In this document: positions 1 to 13,300 of the stretch, in pieces | Layout of the letters: the number at the start of each line of letters is the position of its first letter | Numbering within the stretch: position 1 is the first letter of the stretch | DNA from: Zootoca vivipara | Lineage: Eukaryota | DNA length: 64,000 nucleotides | Reading direction: 5' to 3' | Assembly (NCBI RefSeq): GCF_963506605.1 | Contig: NC_083285.1 | Coordinates: forward strand, 36,828,001 to 36,892,000 | Notes under the pieces: generated by a model | What the model was told of the DNA's origin: nothing | What the model saw: the letters and a program-made list of their open reading frames with translations, nothing else | Database searches by the model: none | Position numbers and translations under genes: made by a program

Positions 1-566
1 TATAAATAAGAACAACAAATCTAATGCTGTAACTAATTTCCATACAGAGATGTGCACAATTCACAGGATGTGTGTATTATTTTCATAAGCATGGCAGGTG
101 GCAAGCTATATTTTACTGGCAGCCTTGTGCCCAACATTGCTTGGGAATTGTAAGAATCTGTCAACATGAGGAACGCTACCCCTCCCCAGATCCATTCTCA
201 AATACGTTCACAGGCAGAACTAATGTTTAATTAGGGTTTTAAACCACTAATTAAACATGTATCAAGGAGAGGGGTGGAGGAAGTTATCCTTGTGCCTCTT
301 TCCTCCTACCAAGACCAGGAGTGCCTTTCCCCCAGGACTGCACTCTCAGGGGGCAGCCAGGTTGAAAGGAAGGTTTTTCCCACACTTCTTACCTGCCTGT
401 CCCCTGACAGCCATAGATTGGATCACTCTGAGCCACCCAACTAATAGTGATCCATGACTGTCTGAACTCGAGTTGATGCTCAGGTCCTTCCAAATAGGCC
501 CAATTTGCCTCGGGACAAAACCGAATCCCCTGCACAGCCTTCGTAGTAGGCTACCTGCTCTGAGCT

Positions 567-779
567 AAATAAAAAAAAATTTCCTTCAGTAGCACCTTAA
601 AGACCAACTAAGTTTATATTTTGGTATGAGCTTTCGTGTGCATGCACACTTCTTCAGATACACTAGAAACAGAAGTGTCAGACCCTATATATATACAGAG
701 GGTGGTGGGGGTGGGTGGGAATGGGTGATGGGCTGATGGGAGTGGTAAACCTGTAGATGGCTGTTAATGGCTGCTGATG
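567..779 (-). mobile_element. Penelope-like element terminal (pLTR) fragment
   Basis: Reptile PLE end motif (agcaccttaaagaccaactaag...); 10-bp TSD gctctgagct at 557-566 and 780-789; contains a hammerhead motif. Confidence 0.75.
624..661 (-). ncRNA. Minimal type I hammerhead ribozyme
   Basis: Minus strand GUAU-CUGAAGA-A-GUGUG(CAUG)CACAC-GAAA-GC-UC-AUAC: complete core, stem II, stem I (GUAU/AUAC), palindromic AGCU stem III. Confidence 0.8.
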
Positions 780-1207
780 GCTCTGAGCTGTTATTGATAG
801 GAATACTTATAAATCCTTGCTATACGGGGAGTTAATGAAGTTTGAAATCCTCACGCTCTTCTTTTTCAGAGAACCAAAAATACAGTGAATCTTAAAAACC
901 TGCTAACAGGGATGGTGAAGCTGTGGCCCTCCAGATGTTGTTGGACTACAAATTCCATCTCCCTGAGCACTGATCATGCCCGTTGGAGCTGATGGGAGTT
1001 GGCATCCAACATCCTTTGGAGAGAGACAACCCATCCCTGACCTAGCAGTTCCCAGCAGTGGTTGGTTAAAACAATATTACCTTGCCTGCCTCAACATCTT
1101 TTTTGTATTCAACTTTTTTTTGTATTTGATGCTTGCAGCTATAATTTAAAATAAAACTAACAACATATTAAAAGCAAAGAAACAGACATACAATTCATGT
1201 ATTTCAG

Positions 1208-1332
1208 AGCAGAAATCCTGAGCAGAAGGATGAAAGCATTACAGCATTGTACGCCTTAATTTGTAACAAGCATTTTCTTGTTACTCTGATTCACACGCTT
1301 GAAAAACAGAAAACCTTCTCTGTAAAAGACAG
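1208..1332 (+). CDS. PLXNC1: PLXNC1 exon ([10 protein letters not shown]...FSVKDR)
   Basis: ttcag acceptor, AG|gtatgc donor; [26 protein letters not shown]. Confidence 0.93.
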
Positions 1333-4300
1333 GTATGCTACAGAACTTCGATTCTTCAAGTTGTAGAAACACTGAAAGAACAACCTGCACATATAGAAAT
1401 GTTGTTTCTGTTGACTTTGATCCCTCACACTGCTCCAAAAAAAAATCTCATTAGTCAAACTTCTAGAAAGAAAATGTAGGTGGTAAGCAATGAAGTTTTG
1501 GTTCAGAGTACTTATTGAAATTAATGGAGCTGCCTTAGTCATGTTCATTAAGTTCAGTGAATCTACTCTGAATAAAACTTGGTTGAATACAACCTGTATC
1601 TGATCCTTACAGAGGTACTTTCACTGTTGGGTCTGTATAATTACTTTGAAATAGAAAGAAACATATTGGAATCTTAATAAGAGTTCAGTAACTTAGAATA
1701 TTGATACAGAATATGCAGACCAAATTGCAGTAAGATAAGGCACTGTTCTGTGGAATGAAATTAACATATTCATTGGTGTTAGTTATTCTGTTTTGCGAAT
1801 ACTAATAACATTCTGGGCTTTATTGGATTAAACGACTTGGAAGATTGACTGGATGGAATAGCTAGAAACCAAAACTGGGGAAGGTTAGAACAATGCTAAT
1901 ACAAAGGGACACCCAGTAAGATAATTAACTCACTTCTCTCCAACCCTTGCATTTGTGGGCTTGGGGTGTTCTGAGAGTTGAAGTGACAGGCCAAGTTAAG
2001 GATTCATCTCCACTGAAGTGAAATTCCAGGTATTGAAGATAGCTGGAGGTTGCTTTTTTTAGCTGCATAATTTACACAAGTATGTAATGTAAATTATTAC
2101 ATTTATCTCATAGGAGCTTCCAACAATCATTTTCCTTCACTTGAAATAATACAAAAAGTTTGCAGCACAGTGTTTAATGGTCTAGATGAGCCTTTCCCAA
2201 CCTTGGGTCTGCAGATATTGTTGAAATACAACTCCCATCATCCCTAGCTAGCAGGACCAGTGATCAGGGATGATGGGAGTTGTAGTCCAACAATATCTGC
2301 AGACCCAAGGTTGGGAAAGGCTGGTCTAGAAAATAACTACAGTGTTCCTGCCATGTGTCCTTTTCTTTGGTTACCTGTAGAGTGATGGACAGAGTTTAAA
2401 ACTCTGGCATTTTGGTTCTTAGGTCTATGGACAGTACAAGTCTTGGTTTAATTTGAGACCTACTTCTGGAGCTTTGTCATGTGGACTGTTTGTACTCACT
2501 GCCTTAAGTCAACAAGCAATCATGCATTTGTATCCTCCATTTTATTGTTCTCCAGGTTTTCTTAGTAGTTCTCCTATTTTATTTTATTTTATTCTGGAAG
2601 TGCTGGTATTTCATTCAACTTTATGTGGCAGCTGCCAGGATGAGTGTGGCAGCATATAAATCGAGGTAGTATTTCTATTACTTAGGTAATGATGTCGGTA
2701 GAATTACATACAGTGGTGCCTCGCTTAACGAATGCCCTGCTTAACGAAATTTCCGCGTAACGAAAGGTTTTTTCGAGCGGAGGTTGCCTCGCTAGACGAA
2801 TTCGTTTTATGAAAAATTTGTCTAGTGAATCGCGGTTTCCCATAGGAATGCATTGAAATTCAATTAATGCGTTCCTATGGGAAAAAAAATAAAATTCAAT
2901 GCATTCCCATGGGATTCGCTAGACGAATTTTTTGTTATAAGACCCGTGGAACGAATTATATTCGTCCAGCGAGGCACCACTGTATTAGCTTATATTCAAG
3001 TTCTTCCTCTTTTTGTCATTAAATTTATTATTCTCTTTATAAACAGATGCTTGTTTGCATCTTTCTTGACGATCGCACTACAAACAAACCTAGTCTACTT
3101 AACCCATATTCTAGAGGTCTTGACAAGGGATTTGATGGAACAGTCTAGCAATATACAACCAAAGCTAATGCTAAGGCGTACAGAGTCGGTGGTAGAAAAA
3201 CTGCTGACAAACTGGATGTCTGTTTGCCTCTCTGGTTTTCTTCGGGCAAGTATTGTATCTTTTCATTATACTTGCTTGTTTTCATGCAGAAGGAACCACT
3301 TGTGATGTGCATGTACAGCAGCTTTCTTGCCTAGCAGTTTGTTCAGTACTTAGTAACATGCATGCACTCGAAGAGTCCCCTTCAGTTCAGTGGAATACGT
3401 TTGCATGAACAGGTTTTATTTTGAATCATTAAATGGGAACCCCACATTTGAGCACCCATAAATATTTGGGGTAAAAGATGAGTAGGAAAATGAGCTGTTT
3501 AGACTGAGAAAGAAGCAGCCTTTCCAGGTTCATCTGTGGCATCTACCATTTCAAACATTGCTTCATATTTTTTTAGAGACGCCACATGCATAGGCAGAAA
3601 CGTGAAACATAGAGGTAGAACATATTTTGTGACAATTGCACATGTGTCTCTTCCACTAAATGTATGCATAACTGTATCATGCAGCTAGCTGCTGCTTCCC
3701 ATTACACATACATGATATGTAGATGTGAAGAAATAGATGAGCATGCAATCTATATGTGGGGTTCATATCTTTCCTTGCATGGAAATACATATTATTTGCA
3801 GCAGACTTTAAGCAGGGGAAGTGATTAAATATGGGCAAATTAGATCACAGTTTTTCCAGTTGTTTCCCCTGTTTAACAGATAAATTGTAATGCACAGGAA
3901 TGCAAAGAAAGAGGGTATAAGTTAAATAACATTGTGTGTCATTATGTTTCTTAGGAGACATTTGGGGATCTATTCTATATGCTTGTGACAACCCTAAATC
4001 AAAGGATAAACAGGGGCCCTGTGGACGTAATAACCTGCAAGGCCTTGAACACACTAAATGAAGACTGGTTACTGTGGCAAGTAACTGAATTCAATACAGT
4101 GGTATGTCTTGTTAATTGTGTGTTCAGGAAATGAAACCAACAAGTCTTGTATGGTAGGAACTATATGACTAAACAGGGGTGGAATTCTAGATCAAGAAGT
4201 GGTCTCACATATGTAGCCTACGGTCGAATTGTGGTTCTTCATAGACTGACATTCATAACAGATTCTAGTGTTATGAGGGAGAGAAAAAATGCCAGATTGC

Positions 4301-7300
4301 TTTCTCCATACAGTCTATAATTTGTGAGATAGGTCACTTAGTTTTTAGAGATGGATGATCTTGAGGTTGAGAGATACTGGGTGCAGTTAAGCTAATACAC
4401 TCTCACCTCGCCTTTCCCAGTGTGGTTGCAAGATCAGAAGCACCCGCTTCTGTTTCCAAGTATCCATAGTTTATCTTATTATGTGAACCATGGCAAATTG
4501 TAGCTTAATCTATTGTTTGTCCAAACCAAGGATAAAATGGTGATTTCTGATCCTAGCTTATTTGGATAGGCCATAGCTAAAAACACCAGTTCAAATAAAT
4601 AAAAAACTAATTTATTTATCTGGAAGCAGATATTTACAATTTCATGCCTGCATCAGAAGAGGAGATAAGAGGTGGTTATTTCATACATGAAAATTATGCT
4701 TTATTATGAATAGATCAGGTTACTGACTTGCCCAAGTCCACTCAGCATGCTTTTGGGTATGAAACTGAACTTTGCTGTCTGTGGTCCAAACTTAGCACAC
4801 TAGCTCAGTTGGGACTGAGTAACTGTGAAGTGTGAAAACAAGTTTTTGAAAGGTCTATATTAATTTCCTCTGACATAATACAAGATTTGCTAACACAGAT
4901 TATAATGATTTGCATACAAGTGATTTACATATGACTGCTTGAACATTAAGATAATCTTTGGAGGCCCTGCTCCAAGCGAAGTGAGTCAGGTGGCTGTCAA
5001 GGAGAGAGATTTTTCAGTGGTGGCACTTCGGCTATGAAATAGGCTCTCCAGAAAGACTTCCTTGGCACCAGCTATAAGGTCTTTTCAGTGGCAGGTGGTT
5101 ATCTTTTTATTCACCAAGGGTTTTTATGTGCTTTAAATCTGGGTTGTAAATTATAGTGTGTTTAAACATTTGTTCTCTTTCAGGAATTAAATGTTGTCTT
5201 TGAAAATATCCCACAAAGTGAGTGTGAAGGCGCTTTTCAGACAATTCAAGTTAATGTCCTGGATTGTGACACCATAGGGCAAGCCAAAGAGAAGATCTTG
5301 CAAGTCTTTCTGAACAAGAATGGCTCTCTATATGGTCTTCAGCTCAATGAAATGGCCTTGGGTAAGGCATTGCCACTGCCCTATATTTGATATAACTTTA
5401 TAATCAGGCATTTATTTTCCTTTGTTTACTCTTAGAGCATAATTTAATAATGGGTTTTTGAAAAACCACAAATGACGATTTCTCTGCTCTTAACAGATGA
5501 GACCCACAAATTACTGTACTATGAATTCATTAAAACCAATCTGTTTTAACTAAACAAATTCTGTCATTTGTGGATTACAGTTAGCTTATGTAATATGTAG
5601 CAACCTACTGAGGACCGGGCAAATTAAATGCTTGGCAAGCACAGTATCTCAGTCTGTGTTGTTGCAGTATTAGCCGAAGCAGAATGATCCATTGGGAATA
5701 ACCAGTACAGCACTGGTAGTAGTGATCCACCTCAATAGCTGTTCTCAAAACCCTATTGTGATACAGAAGCTGATGTGGCCATGAAGGAATGGAATATGGT
5801 TTCAAATGGTGCACAAACCCAGCCTCATCAATGCAAGTACTTTTAGCATCTTGACCTCTTATGAGAATTTTAACAGAATGGCAAAATATGATAGGGTTGC
5901 CTCGCAAGCCACTAGTAGCATCTTAAAATCTAAGCACAGAATATGTTTGAATTGCAACTGTTTTAATTGTTTGGCAGCTCTTCAGTCAGGTGCACAAACA
6001 ACCGAACTTTTGGACATAGATAGTTCCTCTGAGATTCTGGAAAATGGAATTACCAAGCTGAACACCATACGACATTATGCGGTAAGAACAAAAATCCTTA
6101 ATAATTTGAAGATCTCTCTTTTGTAAGGACAATCTGGGATAGTCCAGTCGGTAGGGCATGAGCTCTTGATCTCAGGGTCATGGGTTCAAGACCCATGTTG
6201 GACAAAAGATTCCCGCATTGCAGGGAATTGGATTAGATAACCCTTGTTGTCCCTTCTAACTGTAAGATTCTATGAACTTCCATGATCTTCTCAAATACTG
6301 TATCTAATAGTTGTCATATGGTCCAGCTGAAAGACTGGACCAGGATTCTCTTGCTAATGCTATCACTTGCTTGATGTGGGTCTACAAGAAGTCACTTAAG
6401 CTGCAGTCCTGTACATTCTTTCCTGGGAGTAAATCTCATAGTACTTGTGAGACACAGGATCGCACTGTTAGCCAAACTACATTTCCATGCACATTTGGTT
6501 GAAAAAGCATTAGTTCTGAGTGTTTATAAACAGTAAATTCATAGAGAGAAAAATGAAACCTTTTTCATGCCAAACATAAATGTCATTGACCAGTCAAAAG
6601 TTAAGCTTTTTAAAGTTTGTTCCTAAACCGTTTCCAGCGTAATCAAAGGGACTTAATTGGTCACAACCAAGTTACTGAAATGGTTTCAATTGTATGTGCA
6701 GCACAAGTCCCACCAAGTTCAAAATTCTTAGTTATAGCTGCTCTTAGTTGGATTGGGGTCACTAGAATTAACTGGGTATAAGGCAGAACTTTGTGTTACC
6801 GTGTTCTTTCCTACTGTGGTTTGGGGAAGGAGATCAGTGCTGGAGCATCTGCTTAGCATGCAGAAGGTACCAAGTTCAGTCCCTGAATTACCAAGATAGG
6901 GTTGGGAGACTTCCCTGCCTGAAACTCTGGAAAGCCACTACCAATCTGTGTAGACAATACTGAGCTAGATGGACCACTGGTCTGCTTCCTATGATTTACA
7001 CCTACTCATTGCCTTTCCAGGTATCTAGTCAAGTACACAAAACGACAAAATCTCTCTTATGTTCCCTTTAATTTTTTTATGATTGTGTAATCTGAGATGT
7101 TTTCAAAGACTTACAAAGGTTCTGGAATATTATATTCCCTTTTCCATTTTTGTCAATGATGTTTAGCACTTCATCACAGAGGGAAGTGAAATTTGTTGCA
7201 ATGCTCTTTCCCCATAAATCCGGTTGAATTCATCTTGAGTACTCACCCACAAAATACACGTATTTTCTTGTACTTAAATGTTTATTTACCCTTTTGTTAG

Positions 7301-10300
7301 CCCTGTGCCCCTTGAGAGATTAGATTTTATTAGGAGCTATCTTTACTTTGTTTTTGCTATCTTCATTTTGCCTCTGCTTGGCTGTGCTTCATGTTCTTTT
7401 ATTTGTATTTGGGGAAAGCCCTATAGCTCAGTAGTAAAGATTAAGCTGTGCATGCATAAGGTTCCAGTTTTAATCACTGCCATCTCTACTTAAAGATTTC
7501 AGTAACAGCTGCCTGTGATTTGGGAGAGACACTGCCATTTGGCCTTGGTAATATTTTGCTGGATGGATAGTCCGATAGTAAAAGAGAAAAACAAATGCAG
7601 TTTTTTATGTTCTTCGTATTTCAGTTTTTGTAAATTTCCTGTTTCAGGTCATAAAACACTTCATCAGTTGAGCAAAATCTATTTTTCATGCACTTCGTAA
7701 ATTTTGGTGTAACTGCAGGATTCTATTGGCAAAGTATAAGCTTTACACTGGGCCAGCTGCTGCACTGTGATTCACTTTTCCCCATTTTTGGAAGGCATCC
7801 TATTCTGTGCAAGTCATTTCAGTAACTGAGTAGCAATATGGAAGCACTGTGTTTTCAAACACACAGCATTCAACTGCTGAGCACTGCAGCTATCAGCTGG
7901 ATTACTTTTGGACCCATTATATGGATAACAGCCTGGCTCATCAGAATGTTTATGGTTTTAACAGCCTATGAGCACTGTTTTGGTTGGAACTCTTAATCCA
8001 GCCATTCCAAGGTTTGTTGTCCCACTTGATTAATGGGAAAACCTGGACTGCATGCTTCAGCACATACCTCATGCAGTGGAATGTGACCAGTTTATGCCTA
8101 AGCAGTCATTATGATACATGTGCTTTCAAATAAGTACATCACATTACATTTTTAAAAAAGTATTGCACACATCCCAAAATATAAGGCCCTTTAGGAACGT
8201 CAGCCTTCGGCTTCCTGTTTCCGGCGGTGAGAAATGGCTGACTCCCATACAATCGGATAATTGTATGCCGATGATTCAGGGTTGATATGCGGGTAATTAG
8301 CCCTGGCAGACTCCCCAGGGTGGGGGAGGACTGTCTCCTAGACCTGCAGATAGTCCGAGATTGTCAAGCTGCATCAAGGATATATGATTTCTGACATGAT
8401 TGAGAATTGCATAGCCAGGGACGGAGAACTTTAAAGCGTTAAGATTGGAATGTGGAAAATATGAGAATAACAAGAAGAAGGCAGGAATGAAGATATAGGA
8501 GATATACTTCAAGAGGTCCAGACTATGGGGAGCCTGGAAAAATTAATAATTAGGACTGTAATTTGGTTTTTTAAATTTATTGTTTTTAATTGGATTATGA
8601 TTATGGATATGTTAATTGGCTGTTTTTATTGGAAAATTAATAAAAATGATTTTAAAAAAGGAATGTCAGCCTTCATTGCATGGCTGGCTGGCTGCATCAG
8701 AATAGAAACTTTGCACTTAGGAAGCCTCAGAGTGGGGAAATGAACACAGAACATAAAGCATTCTTTGATCTGTGCTGTGTATGGGCCTGTGCTGGCTGGG
8801 AATGAAGTAACAAGTCACATACAGTAGATCATGTGAACTTTGAGGAACCATGTAGTTGCAGAAAAAATACATATTACAAAAGCTGTTTTATTTCCTTTTC
8901 AGATTTCAGATGGAGAAACTATTAAAATCTTTAAGAAAAAAACAGATCTATCAGGTACTGAAAGCAATGCAAGCCTGATTTATATAATTGTGATGGCAGG
9001 ATGGGGGATCCTTCCATAGGTTGTTGGACTGCAATGCCCACCAGCTACAGCCAGAGAGGCCAATGGTCAGGGATAGCAGAAGTTGTAGTCCAGCTACATA
9101 TGAACAGTTTCCTGCCCCCACTGTAATGGGTTTTATAGAGCTATGAGTATATAGCAGATCATTTGAGCCATAGTTCTTAAGCAGCAGTTTATGCCAGGGG
9201 TAGACAACCTAAGGCCCATGGGGGTCGTTTAACCAGCCCACGAGCTACCCCCGAACCAAGCTGCCCGCTTGGCAAGTCCTCACACACTGCGCTAAACTGG
9301 CACAGCGCAGTGCGGGGACTCGCTTCTGCAGTGCCGGAAGTCATGTCTGCGCATGCTCAGACACCGACGCTGGAAATCACAGCCGCATGCACAATCCGGC
9401 CCATAGAGGGATCTCTGCTGGAGTTAACCAGCCCAGGCGAGGTAAACCTTACCGACCCCTGGTTTATGCGAAGGGCCCAGTTTTATGATCTATAAAAAGA
9501 ATAAGTTGAAGAAACTCACAAGGATGGGGAACCCGTGGCCCTCCAGATGTTGGGCTACAACTCCCCCCATCTTGAACCATTAGCCATACTGGCTGGGACT
9601 GATTTCAAGTAACATCAGGAGGGCCACAGGCTCCCCATTTTGGAATAAGCTCCGATTAGTCTAAAAGATCATTAAGCATACAGCCAGATGCTTCAGGGAA
9701 GCTTATGTAGGTCATAAAGATAATATTACCCTTTCTTGTATGTTTGCAGAGAATATAGAGGTTCCATTTAAGGCCAAAGTAGACAAGGCACAAGAGAAAT
9801 TTGTAATTTTACACATCAGATTGATGCAGGGTTGGTTTCACGAATGCAACAGAATGCTACAGCAGATGTTTCATTCTGCTTTTCTTCCTGCTCCCAGAGG
9901 GCTGGGATGATATTTTGTGACAGCAGCTGGCAAAAGGGAGCAGTAAAGCCAATGATACAGATAATTTATTTGGCCTGTCTTCTTACTGCACAGAGTGGTG
10001 GGAATTACGTTGTGTATTTATTACATTTATATCCCGCCCTTCCTCCCAAAGGAGCACAGGGTGGCAATTACGCAACCTCAAGGTCCTGCACAGGAATATA
10101 ATTAAACATGGATTACCTGGATGTCCTTTCTTGGCAACTGCACAATCCCTTTCACTGTGTGCATTTCATTCATTCTCTCTCTTCCCCTTTAAGCATGTTT
10201 CTCAGATGGGGAATACCCGAACGACTATTGCCATCTGGTAAGTCAGCAATATCGGACAACTAGATGTTTTTGTTATATATTATTACCCCCCTTAAGCACT

Positions 10301-13300
10301 GAAACTGCATACACATTTATGTAAACCTTTCTTACAGATATTACCAGATTCTGAAGCAGCCAAAGATACACAGGGTGCAAAACACAAAGGAAAACAAAAA
10401 TTCAAAGTGAAGGAAATGTATCTTACTAAACTCCTTTCTACAAAGGTAAGTGCTGAACTTTATTTCAGGCTAGGCCAGAAAAGATAAGATTAAGAAGCTT
10501 CACAAAGGGGCAGCAATTAACTGATGTGACTTAAAAACACAGAATGAGATTGTAGAATCTATAGTAACCACCTACATCTGTTTTTCCTTCTTGGCACATG
10601 CAGCTCAACTGGGCTTCCCCATTCATTTACATGAAAAGGGAATTATTGTGTACAGATGCATACAGAGCTGCCCCTTCCATTGAGATGGATCTGAAGTATA
10701 AGAAAACACTGAGAAATGGCTTTTATACATTGTGATAGTGCCAGTCTTGAATGGGTGACTGAAGAATGTTCAGCTCCATTCTTGTTGCACAAATTGTCCT
10801 TGATAGATGGAGCTCGTTGTTTTGTTAATTTACATCTCAGAAACTCTTTTGTCTAAGCAATAAAAGCATCGCCTTTTTCTTTCTTTCAAAGGTTGCAATT
10901 CACTCAGTTGTTGAAGAGCTGTTTAGGAGCATTTGGACTTTACCAAACAATAAAGCCCCAGTTGCTGTGAAATATTTTTTTGACTTCTTGGATGCTCAGG
11001 CTGAAAATAAGAAATTTACAGATCCTGATGTGGTCCATATATGGAAAACTAACAGGTATATATATATATATATATGAATGAATGTGCTTCATGTAAAACT
11101 CAAACATAATAATGCAAGAACTGGTAGTATGTTCAGTAGTGAAGGGCACATTAGAAATATACTATCAACTGAGGACATGATTATTTATTAGGCTGCTAAC
11201 TTGCATGAAGCACTGATGTTAAATTACTTTTAGTGGGATTAATAAACTTTTCCTGGAACATTATTAATTTGAAGTTTGCCTTTTCTCTTGCCAGTCTTCC
11301 TCTTCGCTTCTGGGTGAATATACTGAAGAACCCTCAATTTGTCTTTGATATTAAAAAGACTCCACATCTTGATGGCTGTTTGTCAGTAATTGCACAAGCG
11401 TTTATGGATGCTTTTTCTCTATCAGAGCAACAACTGGGAAAGGTAGTATCTCGATTTCATGTTTTACACACCCTTTCCTTAGGCTATACCAGGCGTTGGC
11501 AACGTTTTCCGGCCGTGGGCTGGATCATTCCCACAGACGATCTTCCATGGGCCGGACATGTGCAGAAGCGATTTCCATCGCCGTGCTGCCCATGTCCAGA
11601 GCTCCGGAAATCGCTTCTGCGCATGCCCAGACGCGATTTCCGGAGCCCCGGACATGGGCAGCACGGCGATGGAAATCGCTTCTGCGCATGTCCAGAAGCT
11701 GAAAATTGCGTCTGGGCATGCACAGAAGTGATTTCCAGCACCACTCGGCGAGTCCCCGCGCCACGTTGCACCGGTTTAGCGCAGCGCACGGGGGACTTGC
11801 CGAGCGGGCGGCTCGGTGACCGGGCTGCTCGTGGGCACAGATGTCATGGGCCGCATCCGGCCCATGGGCTGGAAGTTGCCGACCTATGGGCTATACCTTG
11901 CAAACCAATTTTTCTACAGTACTGTCTCTGTTGAAGGCAATCATTTTACTCCAGACCATTCTTCTGTAATTCAGCATTCACTCCGCTTCACATGCATGCC
12001 CTGAACTTGCAAGAACTTAAGTGTGCAGGTTTCCACATTCAGAGTGCTTTGTGGGATTAGATCCATAAAGGGAGTTACATAGTTAATAAGCTCTATCTGG
12101 CATCTGGAGTTGTGCATATTACAATCCTTGCTGCATCAGGTTCACTTAATAGACGAGGCTGTGGGAGATCAAGTAGTTTACATTTAACACACACACTCTT
12201 TCTGTGCCCCACTAAGATAATGACACCAATTGTCTGATTTGCATACAGGAAACATATTTCCTATTTTAAAGTTTTTAATGTTAGTGCACAAAAAAGTCAG
12301 AATGGAAATAATAAAGGAAATTTCAGAAGTGCTAGATTTATCTTTCAGGCTTCCACCACACTGCTCATGAAAAAGCAACTGCTGCGCTCTGTTATATTTA
12401 ATGCTTAACCCTGTTTAAAGTTTAAAATTTGAGCCAAAGATGCAATTCCCTTTGCATCTGAGCAAGTGGCTGTGATTGAAACTTCAAAGCTACCAAGAGG
12501 CTTCCCTTATTGACTTGTAAGGAACGGGTGTGGTTAACCTTCCTTCAAGGGACCCAGCTGTCTGATGTGAAGCTGGTGATGATTGGGAAGTTGCCCTTCT
12601 TGATGTTGACCCTACAGATGGTTGTCTTTTCAGTGCCAGACAATTACCTTTTTATTCTCCCTGGCCTTTAATATCCGTCTTGCTTAGCCAAGGGGCCATC
12701 ACCAAATCATACTGTAATAAAAAGGTACACCACCAAAAATGTAACTAAAACAAACTATCACAATCCATTGCAGCATTCAGTATCCATTTTTGTTAGAAAA
12801 ATGATAATAACAAACTAATTCCAACTCTCACTACCAAAAAGGGCCTTTAAAATCTGAACTGCCGTACAGTTTTAATGCTGTAAACCTGCCATTTTATTCT
12901 GTGCTTTAATTGTTTGGCACTGTAAGTCAGCCTGACATTATTTATATTGAAATATAGTGTATAGAAATTAACTGAATTTTCACAGGAATCCAAAAAAAGA
13001 ATTGCAGCATAGCTGTGACCATTTGTAACATTAGTTGTCCTTTGTTTTCTTTTTTAAAGGAAGCACCAACAAACAAACTTCTCTATGCTAAGGATATTCC
13101 ACTTTATAAAGAAGAGGTTAAAGCTTTCTATAAAGCAATTAGGGATTTGCCTTCATTGACCACTTCGGAGCTAGAAGAATTTTTAACTCGGGAATCTAAG
13201 GTATCATTTCATTGTTTCTGCCCACCTATGCAGATGGTATGGCGGTATGCTGTGCCTTGGCCATAAAGTAAGAACTGGCCTCTTGAATGAGAAACATCCC

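Noticed and set aside
6135-6210. tRNA-like sequences here and near 41230-41315 and 50070-50140
   Set aside because: They are SINE heads fused to SINE bodies and do not form intact cloverleaves.
11233-11934. 233-aa ORF as an alternative PLXNC1 C-terminus
   Set aside because: Only 11295-11442 is exon; the rest is read-through into a GC-rich hAT insertion.
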